Of a DNA stretch of 64,000 nucleotides, positions 30,909 to 41,000 are shown piece after piece. This DNA is from an uncultured Bacteroidota bacterium (lineage in GTDB: Bacteria > Bacteroidota > Bacteroidia > Bacteroidales > UBA10428). A model generated the notes under the pieces. That model made no database searches. It was not told the origin of the DNA and saw nothing but the letters and a program-made list of their open reading frames with translations. The position numbers and the translations under genes were made by a program. The stretch lies in NCBI GenBank assembly GCA_963733535.1, contig CAVTDR010000002.1:512910-576909 (forward strand). Direction: 5' to 3'. Within the stretch, counting starts at the first letter, position 1; every line of letters starts with the position of its first letter.

Positions 30909-32920
30909 TGGATGATCTTACATACGGCTTTATAGAGGAAGTGAGGGATTTGCTTTTGCAAATGGAAGAAGACTTGATCCGATTGGAAAAGGACCCAAAA
31001 AACCTTGAAATTATTAACGGTATCTTCAGGGTTATGCATACACTGAAAGGTTCAGCAGGAATGGCTGGCTTCAAAAACATTCAGGATTTTACACATGAAT
31101 TTGAAACCCTGTATGATCAGATTAGAATGGGTAAAATCATGGTGGACAGTTCAATCATTGATATCACTCTAAAAGCAAGGGATATTATGCTTTCTATGCT
31201 TGAAAATACAGATTTTGAAGCAGATAGCAGTGAACTGCTTCGACACATATATGATAAATATAACGTATCAGGAAAACCGGATGGAACAGCCAAGACATCC
31301 GGTATCCTGGTTTCAGATCATCTGTATGTCATTCTTTTTTCTCCGGAAAAAGGAATATTCGAACGTGGATTGAATCCGGATAAAACCCTGGAAGAATTAA
31401 AATCTACAGGACAAACCCATATTATAAGCCATGAAAAGAAGAAAACATGGGAAGAACAAAAAATTGAAAAAAAGTGTCAAACAGTTTGGGAGATTTATGA
31501 AAGGACGTCTCAGTCTATTTCAGAAATAAAAGATATTTTTCTCTTTTACCTGGAAGATGAATTTCATGTTTTTGAAATCTCTCAGGAGCAATTGGAAATT
31601 GATCCATTTCTTTCAGATAGGCTTGCCCGGCTGTATAAGAACAAAATTATGCCTGAAGAGCAAATCAAATCAGGTATCGATCAGCTTCCACCGCCTGTGA
31701 TATCTCAGATAGTTCCGGTTCAAAATAACATATTAAATACCGATTCAGAATCGCCGAACACCAAGCAACCTGAAGAATCTACCATTAATGTTTCATCTCA
31801 CAAGCTCGATGAATTGATGAACCTGGTTAGTGAATTGGTGACCTTAACGGCAACAATGGAATTGCATGCAACCCGGTTTAATGATGCCAGGCTCCACAAT
31901 ACCGTTGAGCAAATAGAAAAACTCACAAAGCGCTTCCGTAATAATGCACTCGATCTTAGGTTGGTGCCGGTAGGAAGTCTGTTAGTAAAATTTAAGCGTC
32001 AGATCCGCGATCTTTCTAAAGAACTTGGGAAAAAAGTAAATCTGCTTATCGAAGGCCAGGACATCGAAATTGACAAAACCATATTAAAGTCAATTGAAAG
32101 CCCCATGCAGCATATCATCCGTAATAGTATTGATCATGGATTGGAATCAGAATCTGAAAGAATAGCCAAGGGCAAACCTTCAGAAGGATTATTAAAAATA
32201 AGTGCCTTTTATTCGGGTGCCAGTGTTATTATTCAGGTACAGGATGACGGAGCAGGGATTAATCTGGATCGGGTAAAGGAATGTGCAATAAAGAAAGGCT
32301 TTTTGCAGGCAGATCAGAATGCATCGAAACAGGATTTGATCAGTCTGATTATGGAACCAGGATTTACCACGAACGATAATATTACTATTGTGTCCGGTCG
32401 CGGTGTTGGAATGGACGTGGTAAGAAAAGAACTCAACGGTGTCGGTGGAAGTCTTGAGGTTTTTACTGAAAAAGATCTCGGCACGTCGGTGGTAATGAAA
32501 CTTCCGACTACACTAACTATATTGGATACGTTAATGATCCATATAGAACACACACAGATTTTAATTCCGGTGATGGATATTGAATATTGCTTCAAAGAGA
32601 AAACAGAAGTTTTATTCCGGAAAGATAACCGCTATGTGGAATACAAAAATAATCCAATACCCCTGGTTTCCCTGCGGAAGCAATTCGGTTTTGAACCTTT
32701 GAACAAAGAGGAGGCAATGGTCATTGTAATTAACAAATTCGACCGGAGATATGCGATCATCGCCGACGAGATTGTGGGTGAACACCAGGCAGTAATAAAA
32801 CCTTTGGGCGCATTGTTTGTAAATCAGCCCTTCTTTTCAGGAGGAAGCATTATGGTAGATGGAAAACTGGCGTTCATTCTTGATTCCAATTTTTTATTCA
32901 ATCAGATAACCAAAATTTAA
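30905..32920 (+). CDS. cheA: Chemotaxis histidine kinase CheA
   Basis: Hpt H-box MHTLKGSAGMAGF, HATPase (IRNSIDHG, DDGAGI, GRGVGMDVV) and a C-terminal CheW-like P5 domain. The start ATG overlaps the cheY stop (ATGA). Confidence 0.9.
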   Translation: MMDDLTYGFIEEVRDLLLQMEEDLIRLEKDPKNLEIINGIFRVMHTLKGSAGMAGFKNIQDFTHEFETLYDQIRMGKIMVDSSIIDITLKARDIMLSMLENTDFEADSSELLRHIYDKYNVSGKPDGTAKTSGILVSDHLYVILFSPEKGIFERGLNPDKTLEELKSTGQTHIISHEKKKTWEEQKIEKKCQTVWEIYERTSQSISEIKDIFLFYLEDEFHVFEISQEQLEIDPFLSDRLARLYKNKIMPEEQIKSGIDQLPPPVISQIVPVQNNILNTDSESPNTKQPEESTINVSSHKLDELMNLVSELVTLTATMELHATRFNDARLHNTVEQIEKLTKRFRNNALDLRLVPVGSLLVKFKRQIRDLSKELGKKVNLLIEGQDIEIDKTILKSIESPMQHIIRNSIDHGLESESERIAKGKPSEGLLKISAFYSGASVIIQVQDDGAGINLDRVKECAIKKGFLQADQNASKQDLISLIMEPGFTTNDNITIVSGRGVGMDVVRKELNGVGGSLEVFTEKDLGTSVVMKLPTTLTILDTLMIHIEHTQILIPVMDIEYCFKEKTEVLFRKDNRYVEYKNNPIPLVSLRKQFGFEPLNKEEAMVIVINKFDRRYAIIADEIVGEHQAVIKPLGALFVNQPFFSGGSIMVDGKLAFILDSNFLFNQITKI

Positions 32921-32931
32921 TCTTTTGAATC

Positions 32932-33423
32932 ATGGCAACTATAGATATTGATCAAAAAAGCAGTTATGTCAATCTGCGAATTGGGACAGAAAGTTTCGCA
33001 ATTAGCGTCTACAAAGTTCTCGAAATTATACAGGTAGAGCAGATAACCCAAGTTCCAAATTCATCCGACTACGTTTTGGGTGTATTAAATTTCAGGGGGG
33101 ATATCGTTCCGGTTATTGACATGCATAAACGCTTTAATGTTGAGGATAACGACAGCCATAAAGACTGCATGGTAGTGGTTGTCGATGTGGAGCACAAAGA
33201 TAAAAAAGTACTGATGGGCCTACTGGTAGATGAGGTGTCGGATGTAATTGAATTCGAATATAAGAACATCAAGTCGGTTCCTGATTTGGGAATAAAATAC
33301 AATCCTGAATTTATTGAAGGATTTATCGACCAGAAGGATAAATTTATCATGGTATTGAATACCGACCGGGTATTAAACGTCAAAGAATTATCCGAGGTAA
33401 GTCAGGTTTCATTGGAAAATTAA
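32932..33423 (+). CDS. cheW: Chemotaxis coupling protein CheW
   Basis: 163 aa: FAISVYKVLEIIQVEQITQVPNSSDYVLGVLNFRGDIVPVIDMHKRF. Confidence 0.85.
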   Translation: MATIDIDQKSSYVNLRIGTESFAISVYKVLEIIQVEQITQVPNSSDYVLGVLNFRGDIVPVIDMHKRFNVEDNDSHKDCMVVVVDVEHKDKKVLMGLLVDEVSDVIEFEYKNIKSVPDLGIKYNPEFIEGFIDQKDKFIMVLNTDRVLNVKELSEVSQVSLEN

Positions 33424-33534
33424 TCTGCCCCTGGTATCCGGTTTTATCATCCTGCAGAAAGAGATATATGCCATCCATGGTTTAGTTATTTCGTCCCATA
33501 CGGGACTTAAATTTAACTCAGAATCATTATTCTA

Positions 33535-35477
33535 ATCGGGTAGGAAGCGGCTCACGCCGCTGTCCCCCCACACCACCGGGCATACGACTTCGTACCACGG
33601 CGGTTTCTATTAACTCTTAAACCGACAATCTCAGGTATATGGATTGTAGACCTTGTTGTGAGAACCATAACGGGTTCATGGCTTGGTTGACGGCGATTTT
33701 CTTAGACATCTGCCACCAGCCCTGTGAGTACATTACCGCATTCCAGCTTTTACGTTCGGGGATATTGTGGCTGCATAGAAGCTTGAAGATGGTGTAGCGT
33801 CTGCCACACTGTTTCAGTCTATAACATCGCAGTTTTCTTCTAATCCAGCTGTCAAGGTCCCTGAAGTTAGATAACCATACATTCGCAAGTCTAAAATAGT
33901 TAGTCCATCCTGTAATGGTTAAGTTAAGTTCCTTGATGACCGTTTCGAGTTTTACCCCCCGATTTCTACGAGTAATTTCCCTTATCCTATCCTTCAGACG
34001 TTTTATGGATTTATCAGCTACCCTAATCTCGCCTTTTGGTAGTAATGTGTACCCCAAGAATTTCACATCCGAGCAATGCCTTACTCCACTCTTTTCGTGA
34101 TTAACTTTCAGTTTTAGCTTCTTTTCGATGAAGTCTGTCATTGAGGTCATCACTCTTTCTCCTGCTTTCCTGCTATTAACATATATGTTGCAATCATCTG
34201 CATAGCGGCAGAAGCTGTGGCCCCGATTTTCAAGTTCTTTATCCAGTTCGTCTAATACAATATTGGACAGTAACGGTGATAAAGGGCCTCCTTGTGGTGT
34301 TCCGGCTGTTCTTTGCTCTATCAGACCATCGTCCATCATTCCAGCCTTAAGGAATGCATTTATTAGCCTTAGAAGTTTCTTATCTCCTACGCCTTTGCTT
34401 AGTCGTTGCATTAGCCGATCGTGGTTTATCTTGTCGAAGAACTTCTCCAAGTCTATATCCACTACCCATTCCTTTCCTTCCTGTATGAACTTTGATGCTT
34501 GTTCTATTGCCTGGTGTGCACTTCTTCCAGGTCTAAACCCGTAGCTGCTTTCACTGAAAATTGGCTCATAATACCGGTTCAGTTCCTGATACATGGCTTG
34601 TTGAATGAGCCTGTCTTTGACTGTCGGGATACCCAACATCCGTTTGCCCCCTTCGGGTTTCTGGATCTCTACTTTGCGTACTGCACTCACCTCATATTTT
34701 TCTGTGAGTAATTCTTCGCATAGCTTGTGGATATTGCCTCCCAGCCATTGTCGCAGTTCATTCACTTCCATCTCGTCTATTCCACTGCTACCAGCGTTCT
34801 TCGCCACTTGTTTGTACGCTCTCATCAGGTTGCCATGATCTACTATCCTTTCTATTAGGTTTTCGGTTAAGGTTCGCTGTCTCTCCAATATCGAAAGTAA
34901 TTCCGCTCTATCCATAGTCCTGTTTCCGGTTCCGCCGGATGTGGTCTCGGTTAGTTCTCCTGCTCGCCAGCTGAACAATTTTAGCTGCTGGTTTGCTTCG
35001 TTTTTCTGCCCCTTACTTTTACGCATCTTTGAAGCTTTCCTTTGTTAATAAATTCGGGCCTTCGGTAGTTCGTGAGTCCTCCAGCTCTCTACTGGCTCGT
35101 GTCCTTACCTAATATGCCTTCTGCTGACTTCTTTACGTCTGTTGTCTACCGGTTGCCCGGTATCCTATCCGGTTGCCCGGAGCTCGTTAAGATCTCCCGG
35201 GGTAAGTAGTACCTCTTTCCATTTGTTCTGCCAGATTTACCCCTCTTTCCTTCCGAATGACTATCGGGCTTCCTGATCCAGGGCTCAGTTACCCGGAAAG
35301 ACAGGCCTCATATCTGGTTTCTGTTCGTCAAAACAAATTTTCGCCTACTGCTTCCTTCAGATTCCCAGTTGCCCGGGACACCCTTGCTCTCGGCTATAAG
35401 ATTCCGGTCATTACGGTTCTTTCAGGACTTGGGTATTTATCCCCACACCCTTTAGATGTACTACATGCCCGGCACAC
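33535..35477 (-). mobile_element. Bacterial group II intron (1943 nt) with an intron-encoded RT/maturase; boundaries inferred from flanking repeat units
   Basis: On the minus strand the 5' end is GTGTGCCGGG (GUGYG consensus) and the 3' end is ...CCTACCCGAT (AY). The terminal hairpin GGGGGGACAGCGGC-GTGA-GCCGCTTCCTACCC has an unpaired A 7 nt from the 3' end (DVI-like). Joining the flanks restores the unit tcattattcta|cccatattt, which is seen intact at 35567 and 35659. Confidence 0.8.
33617..35026 (-). CDS. Group II intron reverse transcriptase/maturase, with no recognisable HNH endonuclease domain
   Basis: 469 aa with RT motifs (GIPTVKDRLIQQA, TPQGGPLSPLLSNI, FCRYADDCNIYV) and a maturase X region (ITGWTNYFRLAN...RKLRCYRLKQCG). 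Confidence 0.9.
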   Translation of the reverse strand: MRKSKGQKNEANQQLKLFSWRAGELTETTSGGTGNRTMDRAELLSILERQRTLTENLIERIVDHGNLMRAYKQVAKNAGSSGIDEMEVNELRQWLGGNIHKLCEELLTEKYEVSAVRKVEIQKPEGGKRMLGIPTVKDRLIQQAMYQELNRYYEPIFSESSYGFRPGRSAHQAIEQASKFIQEGKEWVVDIDLEKFFDKINHDRLMQRLSKGVGDKKLLRLINAFLKAGMMDDGLIEQRTAGTPQGGPLSPLLSNIVLDELDKELENRGHSFCRYADDCNIYVNSRKAGERVMTSMTDFIEKKLKLKVNHEKSGVRHCSDVKFLGYTLLPKGEIRVADKSIKRLKDRIREITRRNRGVKLETVIKELNLTITGWTNYFRLANVWLSNFRDLDSWIRRKLRCYRLKQCGRRYTIFKLLCSHNIPERKSWNAVMYSQGWWQMSKKIAVNQAMNPLWFSQQGLQSIYLRLSV

Positions 35478-35770
35478 CCCATATTTGGTCCCTACTGGAC
35501 TTTGAATTTTTAAGAATCTTCATTCTACCTTATATTTCGACCTTTATGAAACGTCCCGGGGAGTAATCATTATTCTACCCATATTTATTCCTACGGGATT
35601 TTGATTTTATAAGCATTATCATTCTACTTATATTTCGTCCTTTAAACTCACAGAAAATATCATTATTCTACCCATATTTCATCCTTACGGGAACTTACAG
35701 AGGTACCATCATTCTACCGATAGTTCCTGCAGGAAGGTTCCGTTAGGAACCAGATATTGGTAGAAAATGT
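35478..35770. repeat. Array of about 5 imperfect units (ATCATT(ATT)CTA-CCCATATTT + small hairpin), organised as a ~95-bp double unit x2.5. The first unit is the one split by the intron.
   Basis: Units start near 33524/35478 (split), 35520, 35567, 35618, 35659 and 35707. The units at 35567 and 35659 are near-identical to the intron-occupied site. Confidence 0.8.
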
Positions 35771-35860
35771 TTTATCAGATCTTTCTAAAGTCCCGTAAGG
35801 ACGTAATAGTGTATAGCTCAGTAAGAATAAAAATCAATCTATATATTAGAGCATATTATC

Positions 35861-36091
35861 TTACTTTGTTTTTGTATTAAAGCTGTTTACGAGCAGAAAA
35901 CCGAGTATTCCGCCCCATATAATACTCATATAAGGATTACTGGTGATGGGACATGATCCGGAATTACATCCTACAAAGTAGTAATAAAGGAAACCTCCAA
36001 AGCTACCTGTAATAATAGCAATAAAAGGCCGCCAAAACCGCCATGACCTGAGAAAAGGCTTCAAATCAGATGCGATGGAATCTTCTTTCAT
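35861..36091 (-). CDS. Small membrane protein (2 TM, CNSGSC motif), function unknown
   Basis: 76-aa ORF with two hydrophobic segments. Its start lies 1 nt downstream of the stop of the DUF302 gene. Confidence 0.5.
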   Translation of the reverse strand: MKEDSIASDLKPFLRSWRFWRPFIAIITGSFGGFLYYYFVGCNSGSCPITSNPYMSIIWGGILGFLLVNSFNTKTK

Positions 36092-36092
36092 T

Positions 36093-36479
36093 CTAAAGAG
36101 AATTAATTATTTTTTTTAGTTTATCTGCAATTTCAACAGCCATAGGTTCCAGTACTTTATTTTCAATAGCCATCATGGAGGCCACGGGATTCACTGCAGC
36201 TATTTCAATATTTCCATTTCCCTGGTCAATGATCACCACATTACAGGGAAGCATAACACCAATCTTTTCTTCAGCCAGTATTGATTTATAGGCATAAGGC
36301 GGGTTACAGGCGCCCAGTATCGTGTATTTTTTATAATCCACACCCAGCTTTTCCTTCATTTTCGCTTGCATGTCAATGATACTAACCACACCAAACCCTT
36401 CCATCGTTAATGCTTCTGTAGTTGTTTTGATTGCTTCTTCAAAATCTCTTTGAACCGTTGTACTGTAGTAATATTCCAT
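36093..36479 (-). CDS. DUF302 domain protein
   Basis: 128 aa: FGVVSIIDMQAKMKEKLGVDYKKYTILGACNPPYAYKSILAEEKIGVMLPCNVVI. Confidence 0.7.
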   Translation of the reverse strand: MEYYYSTTVQRDFEEAIKTTTEALTMEGFGVVSIIDMQAKMKEKLGVDYKKYTILGACNPPYAYKSILAEEKIGVMLPCNVVIIDQGNGNIEIAAVNPVASMMAIENKVLEPMAVEIADKLKKIINSL

Positions 36480-36601
36480 GGTGCTTTTTTCTTATAACAA
36501 CCGAACCATTATATAGCAAATATAGTTCATATATTTATATTTACATATATTTATATGTATTGTTTTTGATAATATTTATTGGTAAAAAATGATTGGCACT
36601 T

Positions 36602-37270
36602 TTATTTACGTGTTGCCAGCAAATCTTTTAATCGCACCAGATTATTATGAAACACGCGATCTATAAGAGGATCCTGAATATATCTGGGAAATTCGGGAGG
36701 ATTATTGGCACTGATGTGAAAAGTTATCTGAACCTGTTTTCCAAGTTCAACGATATTCCAAATTGCCACATAATTGTGAATTCTGGAAATTCCTGATTTA
36801 AGAGGAATGTATTCATCTTTGCTGGTAATTCTAATTGTAGTCACTTTCTTGATACTGTCTGTAAATACTATGTATTGTGAAACCATATCTCGCTTATTCA
36901 ACGGCCAGGGAATATCAAACAAAGTATAGGTATACCACTCGCTTTTGTTGATGATTTTCAGATTATAATTTTCATCCAGATTGTTCATCCATTTTTTAGC
37001 AAGAGCTGCATTTGTAACATAATGTAAGGCTTCATCCATGGAACATTCGGAATATATAATGCCTTTTCTTTCCCGGAATGTCGAACCTGTTTCACTGGTA
37101 ACCCAACGATAATAAGTACTGACATCCTTACTGCTTTTAATAGACATCCATACACCCGGATTATCATCCAGGATATTTTTTGATTCCAAAGTAACTGAAA
37201 TTGCCGGGAACAGGGTCATCCAGATAATCCATGCTGAAATCATAATCCTTACCATTAATTGAAAAATCAA
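36602..37270 (-). CDS. Secreted or membrane-anchored START/SRPBCC-like lipid-binding fold protein (tentative)
   Basis: 222-aa ORF with a hydrophobic N-terminus. The START-like pattern is only loosely recognised. Confidence 0.4.
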   Translation of the reverse strand: MIFQLMVRIMISAWIIWMTLFPAISVTLESKNILDDNPGVWMSIKSSKDVSTYYRWVTSETGSTFRERKGIIYSECSMDEALHYVTNAALAKKWMNNLDENYNLKIINKSEWYTYTLFDIPWPLNKRDMVSQYIVFTDSIKKVTTIRITSKDEYIPLKSGISRIHNYVAIWNIVELGKQVQITFHISANNPPEFPRYIQDPLIDRVFHNNLVRLKDLLATRK

Positions 37271-37434
37271 TTGCCTCTATATCAACCATCAAACAGGGAA
37301 GTTGGAAGTAAGAATCCTGCTTTTTTTTATGGTATACGTAAAAAACCCGAAAACAGTTGACATGGATGGCAATTCATCCTTCGAAATTGACTCACACCAA
37401 AAAACATTTTCATGTGTTTTCCTTAAAATCAGAT

Positions 37435-37992
37435 TTACGTTTCTATAACCAGCTGCGGCCATTGTTTTTGCCACTGCTTTTTTTCCAATCGTGCCTGAAA
37501 AAGAGTATCCGTACTGAGGGGAGAACGCTTTAAATAAAGATGAAACAAATCATCTAATCCATAAGGTGCAATAAGTTCAAGGTCATGATTGAAATTTAGC
37601 CTTACGGCAATAGCTGTTGCGGTCTCCGGCCAGCGTGCAACAGCATCTTCACAATTTTTATAGGGAAAATGCCTGTTATGAATATGCATTCTTGCCTGGT
37701 TTTTAACCGACCAATTGATTCCGGGATGTTGTTCTTTCAGGTACCGTTCAATTTTTACATCCTCATTTTCTGTCAGTGTTTCTGAATTAAAATAAAGTAC
37801 ATCAATATCATTAAGTTCCGTTCGCTCAAAACCATGACGAACATCCCACACCTTATTCCGGATAAATCCTGCACCTACCCATGAATCATCCAGTTTCAGA
37901 TCCCTGACAACCCTTAATATTTCCATCATCCAAAAATCATGGAAAATCATACTAAAAAGTTCCTCTCGATACTTCATCCAATTGTGGATCAA
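37435..37992 (-). CDS. Nucleotidyltransferase family protein (NTP_transf_6/DUF925-like)
   Basis: 185 aa: WVGAGFIRNKVWD...NDIDVLYF...WSVKNQARMH...ATAIAVRL. Confidence 0.6.
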   Translation of the reverse strand: MIHNWMKYREELFSMIFHDFWMMEILRVVRDLKLDDSWVGAGFIRNKVWDVRHGFERTELNDIDVLYFNSETLTENEDVKIERYLKEQHPGINWSVKNQARMHIHNRHFPYKNCEDAVARWPETATAIAVRLNFNHDLELIAPYGLDDLFHLYLKRSPLSTDTLFQARLEKKQWQKQWPQLVIET

Positions 37993-38038
37993 ATTCCCTG
38001 CAGAAATATCTTTTTCGTTTTGTTAATAAACAAATGCC

Positions 38039-41000
38039 CTAATCATTGAAACGCTTCAGGTGAATGCCCGAAACCTGTGAATTTAGGTCCTTCGCAAGAA
38101 TATCAATTTCACCCGCTACCTCTGCAATATCACCGGCTATTTGATTTTGCTGGTTGATATTTTGAAGCAGATCGCCAAGTCGTGTATTTATTTGTTCAAT
38201 GAAATCACGTTGCTCAATGCTGGCATGGGAGATCTCCCTGATGATTTCAATGGTTTTTTGGACTTCCTTAATAAAACCAAGAATGGTCTTGCCGGTAACT
38301 TGTGATACTTCGGCACCGTTTTGTGCCGATAAAGTAATCTCAAGAGAAGCGGAGCGACTCCTTTCAGCAAGCTTTCTCACTTCGTTAGCCACAACGGCAA
38401 ATCCCCTGCCCTGTTCTCCCGCTCTTGCGGCTTCAATAGAGGCATTGAGTGACAACAGATTCGTTTGTCTGAAAATATCCTCCAGTACGGCAATCTTTTC
38501 GCAAATGGTGTTTATTTCCGTGATATTTTTCTCAGCGGTCAATTTAATGTAATCCAGTTGGCCCAGTATTTTTTGGGAAATAACATCTGCAGAACCTGCA
38601 TTGTCAGAATTTTTACGGGAATGTTCTGTAATATCGGCAAGTGAATTTTCAATATTGCGGGCTGCTTCACTCTGACTTTTAACTCCATTCTGCAAAAATT
38701 CGGCTTTCTCATTTAAAATTTGTTCTGTTTTGAACAGCTTCTCACATTTTTCCCGAATCAATTCAATGACCTGCTTTAAATCGCTGGTGCGCTTATGAAC
38801 AGCCTCTTCGAGCTTTTTTTTCTGAAGCTTAACTGATTTCATACGCATGCGAAACAGGGCAACCAGAATTCCCGCAAAAAGAAGCAGAATAAAAATCCGG
38901 AACCACCATGTTTCCCACCATGGTGGAATCATCACGATATCCATGGTTGTGATTTTTTCCGACCAAATCCCGTCGCTGTTGCTTGCCCTTATCATCAGCG
39001 TGTATTTTCCGGGATCAAGATTCATATAAGTAGCCAGTCTTTTCCGTGCAGATGTCCGGATCCACTCATCATCCAAACCATCCAGTATATATTCATACTG
39101 CACTTTTTCAGGTGCGAAATAATCCAGGGCAGCAAACTCAATTTCCACAAAATTCTCCTTGTGAGTTAGTCGAAGCTTTTTTGTTTCAGATAGTGTGGAT
39201 GGAAGAATTACACGCTTGTGCAGCTTTTCGCCCGGATGAATTTCCTTTCCTGAAACGGATAGTTTGGTAAAAACAACATTGGGTGCCACTTTATTATCTG
39301 AAATATCTTCCGGCTTAAAGACATTGAATCCATTGGTTCCTCCAAAGAATATCTCTCCAGTGAAGGGACTTCTGAATTGTGCAGTATAATTGAAATCGTT
39401 TCCCTGCAATCCGTCTTTAACCGTATAATTTCTAACCTTGCCGTTAACCAGATTATAACTGGTAAGCCCTTTATTGGTAGAAATCCACAGGTTGTCCTGA
39501 TCGTCCTCAAGAATTCCATTAATAATTTGATTGGGTAATAAAGAATTAACTGCGTGATATATAAATTTACCGGTTTTATATACATAACGGACGATGCCAT
39601 TGGAGGTGCCTATCCAAAAATTTCCTTTGCTATCCTGGAATAAGGCACGCACATCATTGTCTGGCAAACTTTCTTTTTCGTTTGGGTTATTCACAAAATG
39701 TACAAAGGAGTGCGATGCAGGTTGAAATAAATTAAGTCCTCCCCCCTCTGTACCAATCCAGAGATTTTTATAGCGATCTTCAAAAATCACTTTTATATTA
39801 TCACTGTTGATACTTTTAGGGTTTTCTGCAGAATGGGAAAAGTGCGAAAAAGTTCCCTTTCCACGATCCATTAATTCGAGACCTCCTCCCATAAGTCCAA
39901 TCCAAAGATTCTTTTTTGAATCTTCATAAATTGCCCAAACATTATTCATAGCCAGGCTTGTTGGGTCGCCCTTTCGTGCCACATAATGCCTGAAGCGGCG
40001 TGTAACAGGGTTCATCAGGTTCAGTCCGTTGGAATAAGTTCCAATCCATATATTTCCCAGATGGTCCTGAAAAATCGATTTCACCACATTACCACTGATG
40101 CCATCAACAGCTCCGGTCTTGAAGTGTTCGAAGGAATTCTGCGCTGGATGATACAGGTTCATACCACCTCCGTCGGTACCAATCCAGATGCGTCGGTCCT
40201 TGTCCTGAAATATAGCCAGCACCGATTTATTACTAAGGCTGTTGGGTTTACCAATTTGCTGGGTATATCCTCTGAATTTGTATTTATAAGGGTTATACAG
40301 ATTCATTCCGCCCTGGTAGTTGCCGGTCCACAAAGAGCCCTGTTCATCAGTTAGCAGGCAATACACAGCATTATTACTTATACTCAGTGCATCTCCAGGA
40401 TCGTTCAATAAGTTACCCATGAGGTTCCCCTGCAGGTCGAAAATATAAATTCCCTCACCATCTGTACCAGCAAATATCCGGTTGTTGAATTCAACAAAAG
40501 AAGTGTAAATAGCATTTTGCAGGTTCGCCGGATTATAGCTGCCCACCATTGTGATCTGTCTGCTTTTTGCCTGCATCTTAAAGAGTCCGTTTTTATTGGT
40601 TCCAATCCAGACATCACCGGCCTTATCTCTAAGCAGAAACACACCAATATCAGAATTTGATTTCCGGTAGTCGGTCCGGTACACAAATTTCTGAAAACTT
40701 CCTGCTTTCAAATCAAACAAATCAATGGTTCCTGCATCCGAACCAATCCAAAAATGGTTGCTGTCTTCAGCTTCGATGCTATACACAAAATTACTGGCGG
40801 GCCCTTTGGAACTGCCCATTTCACTGCGATAATTTATAAATTTCTTCTGGTCAGGCAGATAAATAAATAATCCTGAACCCTGCGTTCCTATCAGTATAAT
40901 CCCATTTTGGGCTACAAATACTTTCTTTATATTATTGGATTGGTCTCCACTGATATTTGTAAAATGGGTAAACTTTTCATTTTTTCTGTCAAAATAGTTC

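Noticed and set aside
33570-33616. Assigning group II intron domain V to the segment between the RT stop and the terminal hairpin
   Set aside because: A helix can be drawn (ACCGCCG...CGGTGGT with an internal stem-loop), but it does not fit the canonical 34-nt DV with its AGC triad and 2-nt bulge well enough by eye. It is left for a covariance-model check rather than reported as a feature.
35478-35770. Possible CRISPR array (about 25-nt repeats every 41-51 nt)
   Set aside because: The repeats are imperfect and of two alternating types, and the spacing is irregular and too short. The so-called spacers are themselves related (a ~95-bp double unit duplicated). No cas genes are nearby. A hairpin/target-site repeat array explains it better.
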